A DNA stretch of 35,929 nucleotides from a virus. Taxonomy: Duplodnaviria > Heunggongvirae > Uroviricota > Caudoviricetes. The first letter of the stretch is position 1. Every line of letters starts with the position of its first letter. Below are positions 28,640 through 35,929 of the stretch, in pieces. A program made the position numbers and the translations under genes. The notes beneath the pieces were generated by a model. The model did no database searches. It was not told where the DNA came from and saw only the letters and a list, made by a program, of their open reading frames with translations. The stretch is taken from positions 1 to 35,929 of the IMG/VR virus record IMGVR_UViG_3300011591_000012; one strand, 5' to 3'.

Positions 28640-29971
28640 TTAACGCTTATCATGGAACTTTTTCCATTTTGTCATCAACTTTCCAGCATCAAGTTCTACA
28701 TGATGCGGTTGTAGAGTTTTACCCTCAAACATAGTTTTGTGGATACAATTAATAGAAAAATGAACCGTTAAGTCCTCTGGATTAATCCCCATTAATCCTT
28801 TATCAAACATTCGGTGTAAACTTACTTCAAGTAACAGGCCATTAGATGTGTTATTATTTGCTGATTCTGTTATTGCTTCAATATGTGCGGCTTCCAATAT
28901 CCCCTCTGGCAATGGATAGCCAGTAATAGCACATCTGCCATTGAAGTTATCCCAAACACGGCGTTTGAAATCAGCTTGATCTCCAGCATGACGGACTTTG
29001 TGAGTAACCTCGACTGTTCGTCCTGTAGCACAGGTATCGTTTGCGGCCTTGAAAGGATTAGTTAGACTTTCATTAATGGCTATATCCGTTCCATCCATGA
29101 TAAGAGATATTTCATTATTGGGTTCGGATGATGTTAATGGACTTATGTACTGATTGCTTAAAAAAGTCATACTAGATTCTTCATCAGTCGCGAGTTTCCA
29201 CGCTTCTGATTGTGTCATTGTTAGCAATGCCGTTTGATAAACTTGCTTATTAAAATAACGTTTATCTTTCTTGTCACTCCCCATATTAATAGTACTAGAT
29301 TTAATCGGAAGTGTTTTATCACCAATTAGTAGATCACGTATTTCTACAGTCTCTTCTAAGGTATCAATAGGAGCTACTATAGGGTTAGTCAACGGGTTAT
29401 CTACATGATCTACGTGGTTGTGTCGTAAATGCCACTCTATAGCACTATCTTTTATATGTATCTCGCAGACAGGGCATACAATAAGCCCCATAGATGTTAC
29501 AGGTAGCTTTTTGCCACCGATTAAGCGTAATGTATTTGCATTCTGGTTATGTACTTTCTTTTGGTTCTGTGTCAGTACACTACGCTTAGCCTCTAAACGG
29601 GTCGGAATCTTAGCAAGATTAAGCGATTTACGGCTCTCTTGTCTCTCAAGATCATAGATCCGAATCCCTGCTCCAGTTTTGATTTTTGTCCACATAGAGA
29701 TAGAACTAAGGAATTTATGTCCATGTACTTTTTCATAATCAGCATAAGCTTGCAAAGTAGCAGTGGAACTATCTAATCCTTTTTTACGGAGTGCTGTATA
29801 TTGCTGAAAAAGATTAATAGCATGAGCTGTAATAGAGCGCCTATTCTCTATAATTTGCGTTTTTTTTGCTGCTTGTTCTGCTTGCAATGCTTTTTGTTCA
29901 GGGGTAAGCGACTTCTTTTTGGCTTTCTTGGTTCTTTTCTTACTCAAAGTTTTCTTACTGTTATTGTTCAT
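28640..29971 (-). CDS. HNH-family nuclease with lysine-rich N-terminus and C2H2-like zinc-binding motif
   Basis: 443 aa, low GC. C-terminal segment CAITGYPLPEGILEAAHIEAI...NGLLLEVSLHRMFDKGLMGINPEDLTVHFS matches the HNH_2-type pattern. Central CPVCEIHIKDSAIEWHLRHNH; N-terminal KKTLSKKRTKKAKKK basic stretch. Confidence 0.6.
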   Translation of the reverse strand: MNNNSKKTLSKKRTKKAKKKSLTPEQKALQAEQAAKKTQIIENRRSITAHAINLFQQYTALRKKGLDSSTATLQAYADYEKVHGHKFLSSISMWTKIKTGAGIRIYDLERQESRKSLNLAKIPTRLEAKRSVLTQNQKKVHNQNANTLRLIGGKKLPVTSMGLIVCPVCEIHIKDSAIEWHLRHNHVDHVDNPLTNPIVAPIDTLEETVEIRDLLIGDKTLPIKSSTINMGSDKKDKRYFNKQVYQTALLTMTQSEAWKLATDEESSMTFLSNQYISPLTSSEPNNEISLIMDGTDIAINESLTNPFKAANDTCATGRTVEVTHKVRHAGDQADFKRRVWDNFNGRCAITGYPLPEGILEAAHIEAITESANNNTSNGLLLEVSLHRMFDKGLMGINPEDLTVHFSINCIHKTMFEGKTLQPHHVELDAGKLMTKWKKFHDKR

Positions 29972-30080
29972 TTTGCAAGCCTTTAATCTAATTCATGGAA
30001 AGGGGCATTCACTTGCCCTGTATCCAGTAAACTGACATAACACGATATAAGCAAGCTCCGTAATTCTTTCATGTTAATCA

Positions 30081-32357
30081 TCAATGGTCCATTGTGAATC
30101 CCGGCCACTCATCAGCGACCGGATACGTGAATTTTTTACCGTCGTAATTTACAGTCGCGCCACGCGCCAGCGCCTCAAGCTCCCATCGCTGCGGCCTGAT
30201 ACCGTTCTGAGCAAGGTCAACGCGGATACGGGTGATTTGCATTCGTTCCGACCTGTTCAGTCTGGCCGATGGCGCTATTTCATGCGGTTTTAACGGGCTT
30301 CCGTTTCTTTGCTGACGGTTTGGTCTTCTCAGGCCGTGTTTTAATGCGCTTCTGAGCGCCCTCACGACCTCCGGGTCATTCCATTCGATAACACCGTCAT
30401 CAACCAGATTAAGCACGGCTGCGGCGTGCTCAGAAGGTGTGGGAGCCGGTAACGAAGTATCACCACCGGTGAGCTTTCCACAGTTATTGACAGGACTCCG
30501 AGGCGCGGCGATGCCGCTTTTTAAAGTCAAAGGCTCAACGACCGGAACTTTCGGCACAATGCGCCAGTCCGTCGTTCTGGTGATATGAATATGACGCGCG
30601 CCGAGATGCGGCGCGTAAATGCCGACCACTCTCTCGACTTCTTCCTCATACTCGTTAACGTCATCCGACGGGCTACGGGCGACCCTGACAGTCTGACAAT
30701 CGCGCGGGACATTTGCCCCACCCTGCGCGCTGATATACAACGCAAAATCACCACTGTCTGCGGCGGCGCGTGCAGCCTCGACGCGTTCGTCAAACTCATC
30801 AGCAATGCTGACGCCGCGAGGCAATTTGCGTAGTTCACGGTAAGCCCCCATTGTCGGCAGGCCAACCGTTTTAAATTGCGGAATGCGCCACGTTGACGCC
30901 CATGCGGTAACAGCCGCGGCAGTATCTTTCAGCGGCCTGCCAGTATCGTTATCGAGCTGACCATCCAGTGCATAGCCGTCGATGTTTTTTGAGATGTATT
31001 TCGCGATATATCCCGCAGCACCGCCCCGGTTAAGGTGTTTTGCCTGAAAACGGTTTCGCGCAGCGCCTCTTTCGTCACCATCCTCTTTGAGCGCATAGCG
31101 ACGCATGATTTCGATAATCTGGTTACGCTGGCGTGGATTACAAAAAAGCATCATATGCCAGTGCGGCGTTCCGTCGTGGTGTGGCTCAACGACACGCAAA
31201 CCGTAGACCTGTAAATCATTATCCTTGAATGCCGTCCGCATCAGGCTCCAGATACGGCAGAGATAACGCTGCGCATCCTTTGGATTAAATGCCTCATCGT
31301 TCCAGCCGTGATTAAGCTGAACGGTTTTACTTTCGCCTTTTCCGACCTGACGTGTCGGGTGATACTTTGACGGCGCGGTCAGCGTGATAAACATCCCCAC
31401 ATCACCCTCTGCGGCGGCGTAACGCTCAATACCGGCAATGGTGTTCATCAGCTCCATCCGGCGAATTTCAGGATTAGAAATACTGCCCATCACCTTACTG
31501 ATAAGGTCGATGCGCTCGCCGGTTTCCCTGTTTTCAAGGTCACACGATTTAAGAAATTCCAGATTTGCCTGGCGGCGTGCACGTACATCACGAATGGCAT
31601 GTTTACTGGCATAAGGAGAACGGTCTTTATTCACCTCCCCGACAGCAATCAGTAACGCCTCATGCCAGCGCATACGCTGGCCTTTAAGCTGATGAGTCCA
31701 CCACTCATCGTTAAACAGACGGGCAATGGCAGAATATGCCTGCCTCGTGGTTATCTGTCCTTTACGGTATTTTTTCCAGTAGAGCGGGGAAATATTGAAA
31801 GCACGTGCAGCGCCAGCAACATGACCATACAGATGATCCTGCGCCTCATCCGTAAACAGCGATTCTTTTTCGCCATGCGCATCCACCCAGGCATCGCAGA
31901 GTTCCTCATACATCATGAAAAGCTGCGATGAGATACGGGCGGCAAACTTTTTCAGCTCCTTGTCATTCATCCCCGGCAGACGCGCATAATGGTCACGCTC
32001 TGCCAAAAACAGCAACGACGCGTCGGTGTTCATTTCATGGCGCTGATTCACACGCTCAATGCGCGGCCATAAACGACGCTGAAAAGTGGATGTGAGGAAA
32101 TAAAACCCGTGCACCGGGCTTTTATTGCGCCGGATGTAGTCATAGCGTGAAGTAAACAGCGAGCGCAAAAAGTAAGGCAGGCGGTTAATCGTGGATAAAA
32201 CACCTTGCACCTGACGCATCTCATCACGTGTAAGGGGTCTTTCGCGCCCGACAGCCTCGCGTGGCGCGTTCCATGCATAAGCACCGGCAAACGTCTTACC
32301 GGTGCCTGCGGCAAATGCTGACGGAGGGACAAAACGCCCGGAGGCTTTAACGGCCAT
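30081..32357 (-). CDS. A: Replication initiation protein A (rolling-circle HUH endonuclease)
   Basis: HUH motif HWH in VEPHHDGTPHWHMMLF and tyrosine pair in GYIAKYISKNIDGY. Start uncertain: ATG 32357 (AGAGG RBS), or TTG codons at 32366 or 32399. Confidence 0.85.
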   Translation of the reverse strand: MAVKASGRFVPPSAFAAGTGKTFAGAYAWNAPREAVGRERPLTRDEMRQVQGVLSTINRLPYFLRSLFTSRYDYIRRNKSPVHGFYFLTSTFQRRLWPRIERVNQRHEMNTDASLLFLAERDHYARLPGMNDKELKKFAARISSQLFMMYEELCDAWVDAHGEKESLFTDEAQDHLYGHVAGAARAFNISPLYWKKYRKGQITTRQAYSAIARLFNDEWWTHQLKGQRMRWHEALLIAVGEVNKDRSPYASKHAIRDVRARRQANLEFLKSCDLENRETGERIDLISKVMGSISNPEIRRMELMNTIAGIERYAAAEGDVGMFITLTAPSKYHPTRQVGKGESKTVQLNHGWNDEAFNPKDAQRYLCRIWSLMRTAFKDNDLQVYGLRVVEPHHDGTPHWHMMLFCNPRQRNQIIEIMRRYALKEDGDERGAARNRFQAKHLNRGGAAGYIAKYISKNIDGYALDGQLDNDTGRPLKDTAAAVTAWASTWRIPQFKTVGLPTMGAYRELRKLPRGVSIADEFDERVEAARAAADSGDFALYISAQGGANVPRDCQTVRVARSPSDDVNEYEEEVERVVGIYAPHLGARHIHITRTTDWRIVPKVPVVEPLTLKSGIAAPRSPVNNCGKLTGGDTSLPAPTPSEHAAAVLNLVDDGVIEWNDPEVVRALRSALKHGLRRPNRQQRNGSPLKPHEIAPSARLNRSERMQITRIRVDLAQNGIRPQRWELEALARGATVNYDGKKFTYPVADEWPGFTMDH

Positions 32358-32622
32358 ATGAGCCAAAAGCCTCTGAACAACGCTTGCTGAGTTGCTCAAC
32401 CTGCGCGTTTAAATCAGCAAAAGACTTTGCGCTTCCGGTCAGAATATCGTGATGCATCAGGCCGGAAACGAGCTGGCTTAATTTCGGGTAATAACCAACC
32501 ACCGCCAGCCATTCCTGACCGGCGTTTTTACCGCTTTCCGCTCTCTTTTTCTCGTGGAGAATAAACTGAAAGCTGTCACTGGTAACGACATAACGTTCGC
32601 CAATTTCAATACGAATACTCAT
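32347..32622 (-). CDS. Hypothetical early-operon protein
   Basis: 91-aa ORF between the zinc-finger gene and A, overlapping neighbours by a few nt; no family recognised. Confidence 0.5.
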   Translation of the reverse strand: MSIRIEIGERYVVTSDSFQFILHEKKRAESGKNAGQEWLAVVGYYPKLSQLVSGLMHHDILTGSAKSFADLNAQVEQLSKRCSEAFGSYGR

Positions 32623-32843
32623 GCCGTTCTCCGGTAATGTTTGTTTTTTGCTTCAAAGACTGACTGACAGGAAACACAACGCGTGGCTGACGGATAAGCC
32701 GCACGACGGGCAGCAGGTATTGGCGCGTCACACTCTTCGCAAACCAGCGCAGAAGCACAGCAATGTTTTACCCTTGCCGCGTTAATCTGGCGCTCCAGTA
32801 ATTCAGCCTGTTGTTCCTGAATAAAATCTACGTTGTCCGGCAT
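32619..32843 (-). CDS. TraR/DksA-type C4 zinc-finger protein
   Basis: 74 aa with CEECDAPIP...RCVSC four-cysteine pattern typical of TraR/DksA-like phage proteins. Confidence 0.55.
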   Translation of the reverse strand: MPDNVDFIQEQQAELLERQINAARVKHCCASALVCEECDAPIPAARRAAYPSATRCVSCQSVFEAKNKHYRRTA

Positions 32844-33148
32844 TACCAGCTCCTTTTGTCGTTCAGCTTCTTAAATTCATCAGCGCAATAACTGGCGAGT
32901 TCTGTCATTAATTTTGTCAGTTCATCCACTGAGGAAACTTGCTTGTGGAATACAGCGCGTTTAACAAGTAAATTGACCACATCAGACAGGAGGTTTAATT
33001 CACTCTGATAAATTGCGATAACAGATTCAGTTATTTCGCGCTTCTCTTTATCAATACCAAGTTGAATAAGAGACAAATCACCATTTTTCATAACGGCGAT
33101 TTTTAAGGCGTTATTCAGTAATACAACCGAACGAGAACAGGACATCAA
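32843..33148 (-). CDS. Hypothetical protein, lower GC than the surrounding early genes
   Basis: 101-aa ORF with translationally coupled stop/start overlaps; no motif recognised. Confidence 0.45.
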
Positions 33149-33402
33149 AGTACCTCCCCGCGAGACAATCCGATATTGTGAAATTTTTCCGACTCCTGAC
33201 TGAGCAGCTCGACTATCTCCACGCGGGATAACTCCGCCTTTGTGATGTGGCGAATCATGGCGTCAAGATGAGAAGAAAAGCGCGTCGCAGCGTCGGCCTG
33301 TGCTTCGGTTCTGGCCTGTTGCAGCAGTAATGCGTATATACCGCACTGATTTTCAGAAACTGTATGCATGACTTTCTCCAGGCAAAAAGAAGCCCCGCAC
33401 AA
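33145..33402 (-). CDS. Hypothetical early-operon protein
   Basis: 85-aa ORF downstream of B (start may be the internal Met MHTVSENQ); no motif recognised. Confidence 0.4.
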
Positions 33403-33432
33403 TTAAGTGCGTTAAAAACTCTGGTTAATTAC

Positions 33433-33933
33433 TTAATGCAGATATTGCTCTGGTTTTACCGACGTCAGAATTGTCGGCGCATACTCAAACAGGCTGAATA
33501 ATTCACGTAATGCACGGAATAAAGCATCACGCCAGTAACATGATTCTTCATTAATTCGCCAGTATGGCTGGTTAAATTCTTTTTCTGTCAGTCGTGCGTG
33601 CATAAATAAAGTACGGCGCTGACTGACGGTTAAAAAACTAATATATGCATACTCACTTGCGCCAACCTGACGGCGTTTTGAGAATGCCCCACGCAGTTCA
33701 TCAATTGCACAAACCAGCCGTTCACGTTCGACGTCGTTCATTTCTTCAAAACGCATCGTTGCGTGACGTTGTTTTAACTGCGCATGAAAGCAAACTGTTA
33801 GCCGTTCGCGCTCCATCATCTGATTATAATAATCACATGTATCCTGCCAGCGAGGGACGGCAAGATGCTTACCAATTATCCGGCGCATAGCTGCTGGCTG
33901 TTTTTCGACGAGATTGAGCGTCATCACTGTCAT
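33433..33933 (-). CDS. B: Replication protein B (helicase loader)
   Basis: 166-aa ORF in the B position; size as P2 gpB. Confidence 0.8.
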   Translation of the reverse strand: MTVMTLNLVEKQPAAMRRIIGKHLAVPRWQDTCDYYNQMMERERLTVCFHAQLKQRHATMRFEEMNDVERERLVCAIDELRGAFSKRRQVGASEYAYISFLTVSQRRTLFMHARLTEKEFNQPYWRINEESCYWRDALFRALRELFSLFEYAPTILTSVKPEQYLH

Positions 33934-34124
33934 TTCCAGACCCTCCGGCTTTTCAGAAAGGTCAGAGCCTTTTTTAACGGACTCTGTTTTTTGGTGCGGA
34001 TAATGATTCCCTTACGCCCCTTACCGTGGGTGATGGTGAAGTCAATCGCCCTGGGGCTTTCGTTACGCAATAACTGAGCAATACAACGAGGCTCATTCAT
34101 ACGATTCTCCTTAACGTGGTTCAC
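33930..34124 (-). CDS. Small hypothetical protein between cox and B
   Basis: 64-aa basic ORF overlapping the cox stop and B start by a few nt, consistent with translational coupling. Confidence 0.35.
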   Translation of the reverse strand: MNHVKENRMNEPRCIAQLLRNESPRAIDFTITHGKGRKGIIIRTKKQSPLKKALTFLKSRRVWK

Positions 34125-34386
34125 CGAGACCTAACCACATCAACCAGCCGTCACGAATCTCTTTAGGACGGCTTTCATAAGCCAGTTTTAGTCCGTTATT
34201 CCATGCCGGAAGGTATACCCAATATTCACCTGCACGACCTGAAGCTGATTGTGGATCGGTCATATCAATTACAGGCAGCTTTCCTTTATCGATCATCCGA
34301 CGAACCGCTCCTGTCGATTTTCCTATTAGTTTTGCGAACTCCTGATAAGGAATCGCATCAGTCATGAGTGTTACTTGCTTGCTCAT
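34111..34386 (-). CDS. cox: Cox (excisionase and C-repressor antagonist)
   Basis: 91-aa ORF, first gene of the early operon, divergent from C; size as P2 Cox. Confidence 0.85.
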   Translation of the reverse strand: MSKQVTLMTDAIPYQEFAKLIGKSTGAVRRMIDKGKLPVIDMTDPQSASGRAGEYWVYLPAWNNGLKLAYESRPKEIRDGWLMWLGLGEPR

Positions 34387-34467
34387 GTCGTCCTCTAGCC
34401 CTCATGAATTGCGTTTAATGCCTTATAATGCCTTTTAGTGCCCACATCCAAGCACTAAACAATCTAC

Positions 34468-34497
34468 ATCTAAACTAAATACCATTGAGATCTAAAC
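34468..34497. promoter_or_regulatory. Direct 8-bp repeats in the Pe/Pc switch region (candidate C operators)
   Basis: ATCTAAAC at 34468-34475 and 34490-34497 (22-bp spacing, two helical turns), with a related CACTAAAC at 34453-34460, just upstream of the C start codon. Confidence 0.4.
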
Positions 34498-34500
34498 ACC

Positions 34501-34800
34501 ATGTCAAACACGATAAGCGAGAAGATAGTCTTAATGCGAAAATCAGAGTATTTGAGCAGACAACAACTTGCTGATTTAACAGGGGTTCCGTATGGCACGC
34601 TGAGTTACTATGAAAGTGGTCGTTCAACACCTCCAACAGATGTCATGATGAACATCCTGCAGACCCCACAATTCACCAAATACACTTTATGGTTCATGAC
34701 CAACCAGATCGCTCCTGAGTCCGGGCAAATTGCGCCCGCTCTCGCACACTTTGGGCAAAACGAAACAACGTCGCCCCACTCCGGTCAAAAGACTGGTTAA
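34501..34800 (+). CDS. C: Immunity repressor C
   Basis: 99-aa ORF with HTH-like segment (LSRQQLADLTGVPYGTLSYYESG); divergent from cox, upstream of int. Confidence 0.85.
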   Translation: MSNTISEKIVLMRKSEYLSRQQLADLTGVPYGTLSYYESGRSTPPTDVMMNILQTPQFTKYTLWFMTNQIAPESGQIAPALAHFGQNETTSPHSGQKTG

Positions 34801-34915
34801 CAATTCATCGTGAATATATTCATTACAAGTGCCTACTATTGGTGGCTAAATTTCAGCCACCACGAAAAAAGCGATTAGTAGTCGCAAAAAAACACACCAC
34901 TCGGAGGGTTTTCTG

Positions 34916-35929
34916 ATGGCAATCAAAAAACTCGATGATGGTCGATATGAAGTGGACATCCGCCCTACTGGACGTAATGGAAAACGCATCCGTAGGAAGT
35001 TTGATAAGAAAAGCGAAGCTGTCGCTTTCGAGAAATACACGTTGTACAACCACCACAATAAAGAATGGCTATCAAAACCAACAGACAAGCGACGTCTGTC
35101 GGAGCTGACACAGATCTGGTGGGATTTAAAGGGTAAACACGAAGAGCATGGGAAATCTAATCTTGGAAAAATTGAAATCTTCACAAAAATAACGAATGAC
35201 CCATGCGCATTTCAAATTACGAAATCGCTTATCAGCCAGTACTGCGCCACCCGAAGAAGCCAGGGTATTAAACCTTCGAGTATCAATCGTGATTTGACAT
35301 GTATTAGCGGCATGTTTACAGCCCTGATTGAAGCGGAGTTATTCTTTGGTGAGCACCCTATCAGAGGGACAAAAAGGCTTAAGGAGGAAAAACCAGACAC
35401 AGGCTATCTCACGCAGGAAGAAATTGCCTTACTGCTTGCGGCTCTTGACGGCGACAACAAAAAGATTGCGATTCTTTGCCTGAGTACTGGAGCACGTTGG
35501 GGAGAAGCAGCTCGTTTGAAAGCAGAAAATATCATCCATAACCGCGTCACGTTTGTTAAAACGAAAACAAACAAACCACGCACCGTCCCGATCTCAGAGG
35601 CTGTTGCCAAAATGATCGCGGATAACAAACGAGGTTTTTTATTCCCTGATGCTGATTACCCTCGCTTCAGACGAACAATGAAAGCAATAAAACCGGATTT
35701 GCCAATGGGGCAAGCCACACATGCACTAAGGCACAGCTTTGCCACTCATTTCATGATTAATGGAGGAAGTATTATCACGCTACAACGGATACTAGGTCAC
35801 ACACGGATTGAGCAAACTATGGTTTACGCTCATTTTGCGCCAGAGTACCTTCAGGACGCCATTTCTCTTAATCCGTTAAGAGGTGGTACTGAGGCCGAGA
35901 GTGTCCACACAGTGTCCACAGTAGAGTAA
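34916..35929 (+). CDS. int: Tyrosine integrase
   Basis: 337-aa ORF with the tyrosine-recombinase C-terminal signature (HALRHSFATHF...LGHTRIEQTMVYAHF); the stop codon is the last 3 nt of the window. Confidence 0.9.
   Translation: MAIKKLDDGRYEVDIRPTGRNGKRIRRKFDKKSEAVAFEKYTLYNHHNKEWLSKPTDKRRLSELTQIWWDLKGKHEEHGKSNLGKIEIFTKITNDPCAFQITKSLISQYCATRRSQGIKPSSINRDLTCISGMFTALIEAELFFGEHPIRGTKRLKEEKPDTGYLTQEEIALLLAALDGDNKKIAILCLSTGARWGEAARLKAENIIHNRVTFVKTKTNKPRTVPISEAVAKMIADNKRGFLFPDADYPRFRRTMKAIKPDLPMGQATHALRHSFATHFMINGGSIITLQRILGHTRIEQTMVYAHFAPEYLQDAISLNPLRGGTEAESVHTVSTVE

Larger units (their letters stand above)
2596..35929. mobile_element. P2-like prophage (attR core to integrase; attL beyond the window end)
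   Basis: att core, ogr, complete late-gene order in P2 synteny, cos, early operon, C and int, all read from the sequence. Confidence 0.9.

Noticed and set aside
1-35929. CRISPR array or other tandem repeat arrays
   Set aside because: No regularly spaced direct repeats of 25-40 bp found on scanning; the only repeats are short inverted or direct operator or terminator-scale elements.

Overview
The window holds the chromosomal gene yegQ and the sRNA gene cyaR, followed by an essentially complete P2-like temperate prophage (about 2596 to the window end at 35929). Part 1: a P2 att core sits at the 3' end of cyaR, then ogr and the tail, baseplate, lysis and head genes follow on the minus strand in P2 order, with P and Q on the plus strand, a cos site, the early operon (A, B, cox), the C repressor and a full-length integrase; attL must lie beyond the window. 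Part 2: two low-GC cargo islands sit at the two classic P2 variable loci. (1) Between FI and G (Z/fun position, 9480-13730) there is an OLD-family ATPase-Toprim nuclease gene followed by a small retron-like reverse transcriptase gene, with a GC-rich structured spacer between them bounded by a 12-nt inverted repeat (candidate msr/msd-like ncRNA). (2) Between cos and A (tin/old position, 28129-29971) there is a 443-aa protein with a lysine-rich N-terminus, a C2H2-like motif and a C-terminal HNH nuclease motif, followed by a 139-aa protein carrying an Rx4HxF HEPN-like motif. I do not recognise this pair as a named system and rank it the best candidate for an undescribed anti-phage module. All calls rest on reading the sequence and ORF translations against remembered protein families and P2 gene order; no database search was run.
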